From positions 140,609-204,608 of the forward strand of contig OZ244961.1 in assembly GCA_965222715.1 (NCBI GenBank): a stretch of 64,000 bases of DNA, read 5' to 3'. A program made the translations under genes and the position numbers. The notes beneath the pieces are model-generated. The model was not told the origin of the DNA. It did no database searches and was given only the letters and a program-made list of their open reading frames with translations. Within the stretch, counting starts at the first letter, position 1, and each line of letters starts with the position of its first letter. The stretch comes from Minisyncoccota bacterium (GTDB lineage: Bacteria; Patescibacteriota; Minisyncoccia; Phycocordibacterales; JABMNX01). Positions 20,616-28,936 of this stretch are shown here, piece by piece.

Positions 20616-21119
20616 ATGGAACCCAAACTTCCCATATGCACCCAAGGATTACTTGGTCGTTGGGTGGATACTCTATTTGAGCCAGTAATGCGGTATATCT
20701 CATCAGGGGCACCTGAGGAGATGCCACAACGGACACATCGTTGGAATAATCACCATTTGAAAGAAGAGAAAGTCGCACATCTTAAATCAGGGTGGATGGC
20801 TGCACACTCTGGCGACCCAAATGCAAGCAGTGCTCCCCACATATTGGCGCATTTGACTCGATATGGTGGGTGGGACCATTACCTCGTGCTTTCTCCCAAA
20901 ACAGAAGAAAATTGTAGTTGGCACATTGGCTGGCAATGGTCTGGAGGCGCTGGCGTGTCTCGTGTTCCAGTCGAGGGTCCGGTACGAGTACTTGTTGGTC
21001 CAAAGCCAACGAAATGGTTTGGGATTAATGCGGAGACACATACCCAAATTCCGATTCAACAAATTGGCAAGGGGAAAATTGGTCGCAACAAAGAGTTCTT
21101 TAAGATCCCTCTTTTTTAA
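20616..21119 (+). CDS. Hypothetical protein
   Basis: 167 aa ORF with TTGACA-N17-TATTAT promoter (20551-20579) and AGGAGG SD. Confidence 0.7.
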   Translation: MEPKLPICTQGLLGRWVDTLFEPVMRYISSGAPEEMPQRTHRWNNHHLKEEKVAHLKSGWMAAHSGDPNASSAPHILAHLTRYGGWDHYLVLSPKTEENCSWHIGWQWSGGAGVSRVPVEGPVRVLVGPKPTKWFGINAETHTQIPIQQIGKGKIGRNKEFFKIPLF

Positions 21120-21183
21120 GGGTTACCGGTTTGCACGTTGTCCGAAACAACGTGCTTTTTGTTTGTGTTATAGTACTCGCATT

Positions 21184-21255
21184 GCCCCTGTAGTTAAATG
21201 GATATAACAATCCCGTCCTAAGGGATTATTCTGGGTTCGATTCCTGGCGGGGGCA
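21184..21255 (+). tRNA. tRNA-Arg(CCT)
   Basis: Acceptor GCCCCTG/CGGGGGC; anticodon arm ATCCC-GTCCTAA-GGGAT; GGTTCGATTCC. Confidence 0.93.
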
Positions 21256-21420
21256 CCGAAATTAAAATACTGATATAAAACCAGTGTTTTAATTTTGGTC
21301 TCAGGAATCGAAAGACGGAACGAGCGGTAGCGAGTGAGTCCGGGTAGGAGCCACTTCGTACTATTCCAGTATACTGGCATAGTACGTTAGTGAGCTGACA
21401 CCGATTCCTGGCGGGGGCAC
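21256..21420 (+). repeat. tRNA 3'-associated structured element (Arg copy)
   Basis: Hairpin, then CAGGAATCGAAAGACGGA...GAGTCCGGGTAGGAGCCACTT-hairpin-TTAGTGAGCTGACAC, then a 19-nt copy of the tRNA 3' end (21402-21420). Confidence 0.9.
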
Positions 21421-21586
21421 AAAACTGCAAGAAAACCATACTTACGTCTCATTTCTTGCGTTTTGTGAAGTGGGGCGATATCAAGTGAAACGAGACCATC
21501 AGCCAGTGTTGTACTCTCCATACTATGAATTACATTCCTTGTTTTATTTAGCACTTTAAAAATGTATATGGTTTAATTTATTTATC

Positions 21587-22273
21587 ATGGAATATTTTTC
21601 TACAGAAACCTTGTTTTTACTGGTCACATTATTATCTATGTCTTTTATGCTTATTGCATACAAGCTGGGAAAGACATATGTTATTGCACTGACCGCTGTT
21701 TTACTTATACTTGCTAATTTAATTGGCCCCAAAATAGTTTCAGTATTTGGCTATGCTATAACTGCTGGTACTCCACTGTTTGCTGCGCTACCTCTTGCTA
21801 CAGATCTTTTAGCGGAGAGGTATGGAAAAGAGGTTGCCAGGAATGCCGTTTTCGCTGCGTTCTTAGCAATGGCACTTTTTATCGCTGTTAGTCAGCCAAT
21901 TATTGCAATGCAGTGGCTTGCTTTTGCTGAAGAAGCTGGTTCAGCCATTGATACTGTAGTAGGGGCCTCATTAAGACTTATGATTGCTTCTCCGGTTGCT
22001 TATCTTATTTGGCAACTCATTGATATACGTATCTTTGCTTGGATACGTAGCAAGACAGGAGAAAAAAAGCTTTGGTTGCGTAACAATGTAAGCACAATAA
22101 TTGCCCAAGCAGGTAGTACATATACTTTCTTTGGTATGGCATTCATTGGAACTGGAACTCCTTGGATAGAGATTGCAACAGTAACGGTAGTGTTTTATTG
22201 GGTCATAGCTCTTCTTGATACAGTCGTTGTATATTTCTCACGAAATATCGAACCACTGGAATTAAAAGTCTAA
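21587..22273 (+). CDS. yhhQ: Queuosine precursor transporter (YhhQ/VUT family)
   Basis: 'ANLIGPKIV', 'DLLAERYG...AR..V', 'QLIDI.IF', 'LWLRNNVST...Q'. Confidence 0.88.
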   Translation: MEYFSTETLFLLVTLLSMSFMLIAYKLGKTYVIALTAVLLILANLIGPKIVSVFGYAITAGTPLFAALPLATDLLAERYGKEVARNAVFAAFLAMALFIAVSQPIIAMQWLAFAEEAGSAIDTVVGASLRLMIASPVAYLIWQLIDIRIFAWIRSKTGEKKLWLRNNVSTIIAQAGSTYTFFGMAFIGTGTPWIEIATVTVVFYWVIALLDTVVVYFSRNIEPLELKV

Positions 22274-22282
22274 TTAGTTAGT

Positions 22283-22768
22283 ATGAACGAAATCTTTCTT
22301 TGGCTCATTACCTTGGTACTTCTATTGTTTGGAGTATTAGGCACAGTTATCCCGGCCTTTCCTGGCATTACGCTTGTCTTTATTGGGATACTCTTTTACG
22401 CGTGGATGACCGAATTTGCAACAATATCAGTAACCTTTCTTGTGGTAGTTGGTATTATCTCGCTGCTTGCCATTGGGGCTGATTATGCGGGCTCAGCGCT
22501 TGGGGCAAGGTTTGGTGGGGGAAAGTGGAAATCAGTACTTGGTGGAGTACTTGGCCTTATTATTGGGGCCTTTGTATTAGGTCCGCTTGGGTTATTTTTT
22601 GGGGCACTATGTGGTGCGTTTCTTGGTGCTCTTGTTGAAGGTGCGACACATAGGGATGCTCTAAAGACAGGCTTTTTTACTGTACTTGGGGTTGTGGGAA
22701 GTACTGTAGTGCAGCTGTTTCTGGCCATTTCTCTCGTGGTAGCTTTCTTGCTCGCTCTTATTTTTTAA
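22283..22768 (+). CDS. DUF456 membrane protein
   Basis: 'G.LG.VIP.FPG', 'DY....LGARFGG', 'G..G.FLG.L.E'. Confidence 0.85.
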   Translation: MNEIFLWLITLVLLLFGVLGTVIPAFPGITLVFIGILFYAWMTEFATISVTFLVVVGIISLLAIGADYAGSALGARFGGGKWKSVLGGVLGLIIGAFVLGPLGLFFGALCGAFLGALVEGATHRDALKTGFFTVLGVVGSTVVQLFLAISLVVAFLLALIF

Positions 22769-22817
22769 AATACCGACACCCTGTATTTTTAAGGTATCTT
22801 TGGTATACTTTTGTGGT

Positions 22818-23141
22818 ATGCAGGATCTTGAAAAATTGCTTAAGAAGAACCTTGCACTGACAGAAGAGAACAATCGACTTCTTAAGAAAATGCGCCGCGG
22901 TGCCGTGTGGGGTTTTATTTTTAAGCTGATCTGGATTGCGGTTCTCATTGGTATTCCTGTATATCTTTACATTAACTTTCTATCGCCAGTTGTTGATGAA
23001 ATATCTGGTGTTGTTCAAAAAGTAGAAGAGACCACTGGAAAAGTTGAAAATCTTCAAGGAGAGGTAGAGTCACGTCTTGGAGAAAGCAGTCTCACAGATC
23101 TACTCGATAACCTCAACTTTTTTAATGGAGGAGGGGAGTAA
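22818..23141 (+). CDS. Hypothetical single-TM protein
   Basis: 'L.L.EENN.LLKKMRR' followed by a TM helix; TATACT 8 nt upstream of ATG. Confidence 0.75.
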   Translation: MQDLEKLLKKNLALTEENNRLLKKMRRGAVWGFIFKLIWIAVLIGIPVYLYINFLSPVVDEISGVVQKVEETTGKVENLQGEVESRLGESSLTDLLDNLNFFNGGGE

Positions 23142-23154
23142 TATAAAAACACAC

Positions 23155-23228
23155 GCTCAGGTAGCTCAGTTGGTTAGAGCACTTGTCTGAAGAACAAGGG
23201 GTCGGCAGTTCGAATCTGCCCCTGAGCA
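23155..23228 (+). tRNA. tRNA-Phe(GAA)
   Basis: Acceptor GCTCAGG/CCTGAGC; anticodon arm CTTGT-CTGAAGA-ACAAG. Confidence 0.96.
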
Positions 23229-23288
23229 CAAAGTGCGAATGATGAGTTTAGTAACCTGACGCCAAGATTGACCGCAAATCTGCCCAAA

Positions 23289-23314
23289 AAACACCACAAG
23301 TACTTGCGGTGTTT
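23289..23314. repeat. Divergent 26-bp palindrome copy, possible bidirectional terminator
   Basis: AAACACCACAAGTACTTGCGGTGTTT between convergent tRNA-Phe and hsp20. Confidence 0.6.
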
Positions 23315-23338
23315 TTTAGTGACTCTAAACAGTTTCCT

Positions 23339-23857
23339 CTACGACGCCTTCACTTTTAGTTTGGTCTCTCGGTCCTTATCAATCTTTGGAAGTTTAATAG
23401 TGAGTACTCCATGTTTTTCATTTGCTTCAGCGCCATCAACTTCAACTTCCTGAGGAAGGAGAATAGTACGAGAAAATGATCCCCAATAAAGCTCTCGATA
23501 AAAATAATTATCTTCAGTTGCTTCTTTTTGTTCTTCTCGTTTTCCTTTAATGGTCACCATGTCACGAGTGATTGAAACATCAAGATGATCTGGCTTCACA
23601 CCAGCAACAATTGCCTTAATGACTATTTGATCGCTTGTCTGAAATACGTCAACACTTAATTGACCTTCCTCGTCTTCTACCCAACCATTTGATTCGCTGT
23701 CTTCATTTTCAACATCGATGCTAATGTTTTTCTCCCCACGGCGGGGAGCAGGTATTACTTCCTCTTCTTCAAAGATATCATCGTTGTAGTCATCAATTGA
23801 GGCGGTACCAGTGAGCCTCTCAAAGAATGATCGTTTTTCTTTTCCTCGCATAATCAT
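23339..23857 (-). CDS. Hsp20/alpha-crystallin small heat shock protein
   Basis: 'LSVDVFQT', 'ELYWGSFSRTILLP.EV', 'GVLTIKLPK'. Confidence 0.93.
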   Translation of the reverse strand: MIMRGKEKRSFFERLTGTASIDDYNDDIFEEEEVIPAPRRGEKNISIDVENEDSESNGWVEDEEGQLSVDVFQTSDQIVIKAIVAGVKPDHLDVSITRDMVTIKGKREEQKEATEDNYFYRELYWGSFSRTILLPQEVEVDGAEANEKHGVLTIKLPKIDKDRETKLKVKAS

Positions 23858-24558
23858 TTTCGTTTAAAAAGTTGTAAGCACTTTTGGATTAGTTTTATTC
23901 TCTCTAACGTGAGTAGGAGCACAATAATACCTGCCCATACTGCTGCAAAAACAAATAATATACTCGTTTCGTTACTTTGTATTATAGAAAAGTTAAATAG
24001 TGCGTGCAATACAATAGCGAGGATAATTCCTATACCGACAAGAAATCGTTTTGCCCATTTTGTCTCACAAAAACTGAATGCAATAAAGACACCGATAGTA
24101 GCAGAGGCAAGTACGTGGAGGAGGGTCGCGCCAAGGAAGCGAAAATTCCCAGTTATTAAGCTCGTTAGTATTTCACCGTTTGCAAGTGGGTCGAGTAAAA
24201 AGAGAGTATTTTCAAGTGCGGCAAATCCAAGCGCAACACTAATCATATAAATGACTGGATCAATTGGTTCATTAACCTCTTTCTTCCGTAAAACAGAGAA
24301 GTACGCAAAGAGATACTTGAGTATCTCTTCAATCGTTGCCCATGCAACAATAAGGAGTGTTCCTGAAAAAAAAGCTTGCGCGTAGCGCTGAAGGGGAATT
24401 ACAAAAGGAATGGTCAACATGCCCATGAAAAATGCGAGAAAAATAAGACGTTTGGGTTCAGGATGTTTCTTATCTTCTCTGAGCCAGAACCAGAGCCATA
24501 TGAGTGCAGGGAGGATGCCGCCGAGCGCAGCAAAGAGAATTGTTTCTCCTGTTATCAT
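23854..24558 (-). CDS. PrsW family intramembrane metalloprotease
   Basis: 'D..HPEP', 'EEILK', 'LGFAALEN', 'LLH', 'LHALFN'. Confidence 0.93.
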   Translation of the reverse strand: MITGETILFAALGGILPALIWLWFWLREDKKHPEPKRLIFLAFFMGMLTIPFVIPLQRYAQAFFSGTLLIVAWATIEEILKYLFAYFSVLRKKEVNEPIDPVIYMISVALGFAALENTLFLLDPLANGEILTSLITGNFRFLGATLLHVLASATIGVFIAFSFCETKWAKRFLVGIGIILAIVLHALFNFSIIQSNETSILFVFAAVWAGIIVLLLTLERIKLIQKCLQLFKRK

Positions 24559-24593
24559 TACTTAATAGTATACCTTGAGTAAGTAGCGTTAAC

Positions 24594-26810
24594 CTAGTGT
24601 GTAGGCCATTCTGTCACTATGAGTAATTCAGTATCTTTCTCTGGAAGTTTCTCCCAGATAGTTTCTGTGACAAATGGCATAAATGGATGAAGGAGCTTTA
24701 GTGAGGTGGTAAGCGTGTGATACAACACCCATTGTCGTGAGCTTTTTTCTTCCTCACTACCATCACTGAAAATCTTTTTACTCTCCTCTATAATTTCATC
24801 TGCAAAACGGTGCCATATATAGTGGTAGGTAGTGTCTGCTGCGAGATCAAGGCGAAAGGCGTCAATGTGTTCAGTTACATTTTTCACAACATCCTCAAGT
24901 TCTTGTAATAACTCTTCGTCACTTGCTACTAGAGATGGTTTTTGTTTAAGATCAACATCTTCTACATTTTCTAATACAAAGCGAGAAATATTCCACACTT
25001 TGTTTGCAAAGTGTTTGTACCCCCGCACTTTATCTTCTGAAAGTCGCAAATCGTTACCAACTGCCGCACCAACAATGAGTGAAAGACGAGTTGCGTCAGC
25101 ACCATATTTCTCAATCATATCGAGCGGGTCAATAATATTTCCAAGAGACTTACTCATTTTTTGACCTTTTGCGTCGCGTACAAGCCCGTGCAGATACACA
25201 GTTTTAAAAGGCACGTCTCCTAAGTGGTAGGTGCTCATCAGTATCATGCGCGCAACCCAGAAAAAGAGAATATCGTAGCCAGTTTCAAGTACGTTTGTTG
25301 GGTGGTAGGTTTTTAAATCATTTGTATTCTCTGGCCAACCAAGTGTTGAGAAGGTCCATAAACCTGAAGAAAACCACGTATCAAGTGTGTCAGGGTCTTG
25401 TTCCCAGCCATCTCCTTCAGGTGCTTCGGTGTCACAGTACACTTCATCATCCTTATACCACACTGGAATACGATGTCCGTACCAAATTTGTCGTGAGATA
25501 CACCACGGACGAAGGTTATCAATCCAATGGTAGTAAGTCTTTTTAAAACGATCAGGAAGTATGTTCGTTTGCCCACTCTCAACCACGTGTTTCATGAGTT
25601 GCTTAAGAGTAACGGTTTCACCAGAAGAAATACCCTCAATATTTGAGTGCTTAAGGGTGAATTCTTTCTCAACCCCAATAAACCATTGTTTCATTACTTG
25701 TGGCTCTATGGTTGCACCAGTTCGCTCAGCAGTAGCAATGTTATGTGTGTAATTTTCATCAACTCTAATAAGGAGGCCTTTTTTATCGAGTTTCTCGACA
25801 ATTTTTTCTCGCGCTTCAGTTATCTTCATTCCAGCGAACTCTTCAGCAACAGGAAGGAGTTTTCCGTATTGATCAATAATTTGTTCTTTATCAAGATCGT
25901 ATTTTTCTGCTAAATCAAAATCAACAACACTATGCCATGGTGTAATAGTCATTACGCCAGAGCCAAATTCTGGATTCGCTGCCGCATCTTTAATGATTGT
26001 TGCTGTTATTGCTCCGTTTATCCATTCAACTTCTATTTCTTGTCCATGTGAGTATTCTTGATAACGTTTATCATCTGGGTGCATCACCACATATTTATCA
26101 CCAAACTTTGTCTCTGGCCGTGCGGTACCGATTTCAAATGGACCATACTTAAAGTAATAAAATTTTCCTTTTTCTTCTTTGTACACAATCTCATCATCAG
26201 AAATGACCGTTTGTCCTTTGGGGTCCCAGTTAACCGATCGGTCTCCTTGATAGATAAGTCCATCGTCATACATTCGTTTAAACGCGGTGTAGACTGCCTT
26301 TGTACGATCTTCATCGAGAGTAAAGGCTTCACGACTCCAATCAACTGAAGAACCCATTTTCCGCACCTGGTTTGCAATGGTGTCATGGCTCTCTTGTGCA
26401 AATTCTTCAACTCGTCTTAAAAATTCTTCACGACCAAAGTCGTGTCGATTCTTCTTTTCTTTTTTATACAATTCTTTCTCAACCTTTGACTGTGTTGCAA
26501 TTGCTGCATGGTCTGTGCCGGGAAGCCACAAGGCTTTCTTTCCACGCATGCGTTCAAAACGAATAAGAATATCTTGAATGGCGAGCATAGCAGCATGGCC
26601 CATGTGGAGTGTCCCCGTTACGTTTGGTGGGGGAAGGACAATTGAGTATGGCTCAATTCGCTCGCCTTTCTTAGTTTCAGGTAAGTTATCGGGGTTGAAA
26701 AAACCGCTTTCTTCCCAGCGTTTGTAGATTGCATCCTCATTTGTGTGAGGGTCATACGGTTTTAAAAAAGCGTCATCCACCCCGTTAGAAATGTCTGATT
26801 TTTCATTCAT
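24594..26810 (-). CDS. valS: Valine--tRNA ligase (lacks C-terminal coiled-coil arm)
   Basis: 'PPPNVTGTLHMGHA', 'WCISRQIWYGHRIP', 'DTWFSS', 'KMSKS'. Confidence 0.97.
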   Translation of the reverse strand: MNEKSDISNGVDDAFLKPYDPHTNEDAIYKRWEESGFFNPDNLPETKKGERIEPYSIVLPPPNVTGTLHMGHAAMLAIQDILIRFERMRGKKALWLPGTDHAAIATQSKVEKELYKKEKKNRHDFGREEFLRRVEEFAQESHDTIANQVRKMGSSVDWSREAFTLDEDRTKAVYTAFKRMYDDGLIYQGDRSVNWDPKGQTVISDDEIVYKEEKGKFYYFKYGPFEIGTARPETKFGDKYVVMHPDDKRYQEYSHGQEIEVEWINGAITATIIKDAAANPEFGSGVMTITPWHSVVDFDLAEKYDLDKEQIIDQYGKLLPVAEEFAGMKITEAREKIVEKLDKKGLLIRVDENYTHNIATAERTGATIEPQVMKQWFIGVEKEFTLKHSNIEGISSGETVTLKQLMKHVVESGQTNILPDRFKKTYYHWIDNLRPWCISRQIWYGHRIPVWYKDDEVYCDTEAPEGDGWEQDPDTLDTWFSSGLWTFSTLGWPENTNDLKTYHPTNVLETGYDILFFWVARMILMSTYHLGDVPFKTVYLHGLVRDAKGQKMSKSLGNIIDPLDMIEKYGADATRLSLIVGAAVGNDLRLSEDKVRGYKHFANKVWNISRFVLENVEDVDLKQKPSLVASDEELLQELEDVVKNVTEHIDAFRLDLAADTTYHYIWHRFADEIIEESKKIFSDGSEEEKSSRQWVLYHTLTTSLKLLHPFMPFVTETIWEKLPEKDTELLIVTEWPTH

Positions 26811-26882
26811 AGCATTTTCTCTGTAGGACGCATTGCCCGTCTTTAATCATTACCTTCCATTCAGTAATATTTCTAACGGGGT
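26779..26882. mobile_element. 104-bp MITE-like element inserted at the valS start
   Basis: Perfect 14-bp TIRs ACCCCGTTAGAAAT / ATTTCTAACGGGGT with CC on both flanks. Confidence 0.8.
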
Positions 26883-26993
26883 CCATAGGTGCCATCATAG
26901 CAAACAGGCGCTTATTATCAACATATATTCTAACTAGTGTACTTCAGTAGAGTTGTGTGATTTACTTGCCTTAGAGATGAAAGGAGGTGCAAC

Positions 26994-27239
26994 ATGGTGT
27001 TGCCACGTTCTATGACTCACGAGCACGGGAGAGCGGTTGAGATTACCAGTACGGTAATGCGTATCTGTATTCGTGGACACCACTTCAATGTGCCGATCAA
27101 ATATGTTGAATTTCCGAAAGAAGGAAGCCAGCTACCGATTAGCATCACGTCAGACGCCACTTTGAGTGGCTCTGCTCCGTGCACCTGTCCAACTACTGAG
27201 GTACTCGTTCCACCTCTGTGCATACCCACACGTCTTTGA
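26994..27239 (+). CDS. Hypothetical small protein with Cys/His motifs
   Basis: Strong SD AAAGGAGGT; 'CIRGHHF' and 'CTCP'. Confidence 0.55.
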   Translation: MVLPRSMTHEHGRAVEITSTVMRICIRGHHFNVPIKYVEFPKEGSQLPISITSDATLSGSAPCTCPTTEVLVPPLCIPTRL

Positions 27240-27327
27240 TTGTTCCAAAAAATATTTAAAGAAAAGACTTTTTAACCCGCAGCTAACATTAGTGTAGCTG
27301 CGGGCAACTTTTTTGCACACCTTGTAT

Positions 27328-28509
27328 CTATCGCAGGCTAAGATTCCCCTTTGCAACGATGTCTTTTATTTTAGGCACTTTTCTTTTAAGTGTATGGGAA
27401 ACGTATGCTGCTCCAGCAATCATAACAGCATTGTCCCCAGTTAATCCTTTTGGTGGTATATACACTTCTACATCTGGATATGTTCTTTGAATATGCGTTT
27501 CAAGTGTATAGCGAATATGCTCGTTTGCAGACACTCCGCCACCAAGAAGAAATGTTTGTACAGCGTAGGTATCAATCGCGGCAAGTGTCTTCTTTAGTAA
27601 AATATCAGCAGCGGCATCTTCAAATTCATGCGCAATTTGTTTCTTGTCAGTTTCAGTAAACATGCGCTTTCGCTCTTTAATATCACGAATAAGGTAGAGA
27701 ACTGCAGTCTTAAGTCCAGAGAATGAAAAATCAAAATCAGCACTATCGATCATTGGTCGTGGGAGTGTGTAGGCTTTTTCTAAATTTTCTTCTCGAGCAG
27801 CCTGTGCGAGCTTTGAAATCTCAGGACCACCAGGGTAGGGCAGCTCCAGCATACGAGCAACTTTATCAAATGCTTCACCCACTGCATCGTCTCGTGTCTC
27901 TCCAATGATTTCATACTCACCCCATTTTTTCATAAGGACTAGTTGCGTATGACCTCCAGAGATAAGGAGCGAGAGAGCAGGGAAGGCAACCGGTATAATT
28001 TCATTGTTTTTAATAAGTCCTGAGAGCACATGCCCCTCCATGTGGTTTGCGGGCATAAGTGGAATGTCCCATACAATAGAGAGTGCTTTAGCAAAATTAA
28101 CACCAACCCAGAGCGCAGGTTCAAGACCTGGGCCAACAGTTACCGTTATAAGATCAATAGGTGGTTTTTTAACATTTGAAAGAAATGCAATCAGGAGTAC
28201 AAAGAGCTCTGGCTCTCTTACAAGAAGTTCTTTTAATTCAGTGACCTGATCCCGTGAGAGTGGCGCGTTTGCTTGAGTAAGGAGTCGTGCATCGCTCAGT
28301 ACTTGTTGAAGTAATGGAGTGAGGTTCCGTGCGTGTTCACGTTTAGCAAGAGTGGGATAGACGCCACCATACTCCTTATGAAGTGCGACTTGAGAAAGGA
28401 GAGAATTCCCAAGCACTTCGAAAGAGACTCCTTTTGTGAGGTCACCGTCTGCCTCAACCAGGCTAAGCGCTGTTTCGTCGCACGACGTTTCTATGGCAAG
28501 AATTTTCAT
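27328..28509 (-). CDS. tsaD: tRNA N6-threonylcarbamoyltransferase TsaD
   Basis: 'ILAIETSCDET', 'NHMEGH', 'SGGHT', 'DDAVGEAFDK', 'DNAVMI'. Confidence 0.97.
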   Translation of the reverse strand: MKILAIETSCDETALSLVEADGDLTKGVSFEVLGNSLLSQVALHKEYGGVYPTLAKREHARNLTPLLQQVLSDARLLTQANAPLSRDQVTELKELLVREPELFVLLIAFLSNVKKPPIDLITVTVGPGLEPALWVGVNFAKALSIVWDIPLMPANHMEGHVLSGLIKNNEIIPVAFPALSLLISGGHTQLVLMKKWGEYEIIGETRDDAVGEAFDKVARMLELPYPGGPEISKLAQAAREENLEKAYTLPRPMIDSADFDFSFSGLKTAVLYLIRDIKERKRMFTETDKKQIAHEFEDAAADILLKKTLAAIDTYAVQTFLLGGGVSANEHIRYTLETHIQRTYPDVEVYIPPKGLTGDNAVMIAGAAYVSHTLKRKVPKIKDIVAKGNLSLR

Positions 28510-28513
28510 ACAG

Positions 28514-28587
28514 TGGGCGATACAGAATTCGAATCTGTGACCTCATCAACGTCAATGATGCGCTCTAACCAACTGAGCTAATCGCCC
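28514..28587 (-). tRNA. tRNA-Val(GAC)
   Basis: Minus-strand cloverleaf; anticodon arm CATCA-TTGACGT-TGATG. Confidence 0.95.
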
Positions 28588-28635
28588 TTTATAATAAGAG
28601 GATTATACCAAATAGGACTATTTTTCCTATTATTG

Positions 28636-28719
28636 CGGAGGAGGTGGGACTTGAACCCACAAGCGCCGAAGCGCGCCGCTTTTCGAGAGCGGTCCGTTAC
28701 CAATTCCGGGCACTCCTCC
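28636..28719 (-). tRNA. tRNA-Ser(CGA)
   Basis: Acceptor GGAGGAG/CTCCTCC, G73, long variable arm; anticodon arm CCGCT-CTCGAAA-AGCGG. Confidence 0.94.
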
Positions 28720-28774
28720 AGTGGAATCCAGACTAGCACTTTTTGCAGAAACTCCCAAAATGTTGTATTCTAAT

Positions 28775-28800
28775 AAACGCCAAGGGTACCCTTGGCGTTT
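28775..28800. repeat. 26-bp palindrome family copy
   Basis: AAACGCCAAGGGTACCCTTGGCGTTT (perfect) between divergent tRNAs. Confidence 0.85.
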
Positions 28801-28851
28801 AGTTTGGCTTTGATAAGCCACGCCTAAATACTTAAATAAAAAGTTATTTTA

Positions 28852-28923
28852 GGCCCCATCGTCTAACGGTTAGGACGCGGCCTTTTCAAGGCTGAAATCG
28901 GGGTTCGATTCCCCGTGGGGTCA
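28852..28923 (+). tRNA. tRNA-Glu(TTC)
   Basis: Anticodon arm CGGCC-TTTTCAA-GGCTG; GGTTCGATTCC. Confidence 0.96.
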
Positions 28924-28936
28924 CAACTTTGTTGGT

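Noticed and set aside
21302-21410. 3' element as a type II hammerhead ribozyme (stem-GAAA ... CUGA-stem order)
   Set aside because: The core reads CTGAC(A/G)CC instead of CUGANGA, so the conserved G8/A9 pair is missing, and no proper A15.1-U16.1 cleavage triplet can be placed. The resemblance is topological only.
21184-21420. tRNA 3' duplications as att sites of prophages or genomic islands
   Set aside because: The enclosed DNA is only about 150-250 bp and non-coding, and no integrase was recognised in the window; treated instead as a separate element family.
21500-21586. preQ1 riboswitch upstream of yhhQ
   Set aside because: No recognisable preQ1 aptamer hairpin or A-rich tail.
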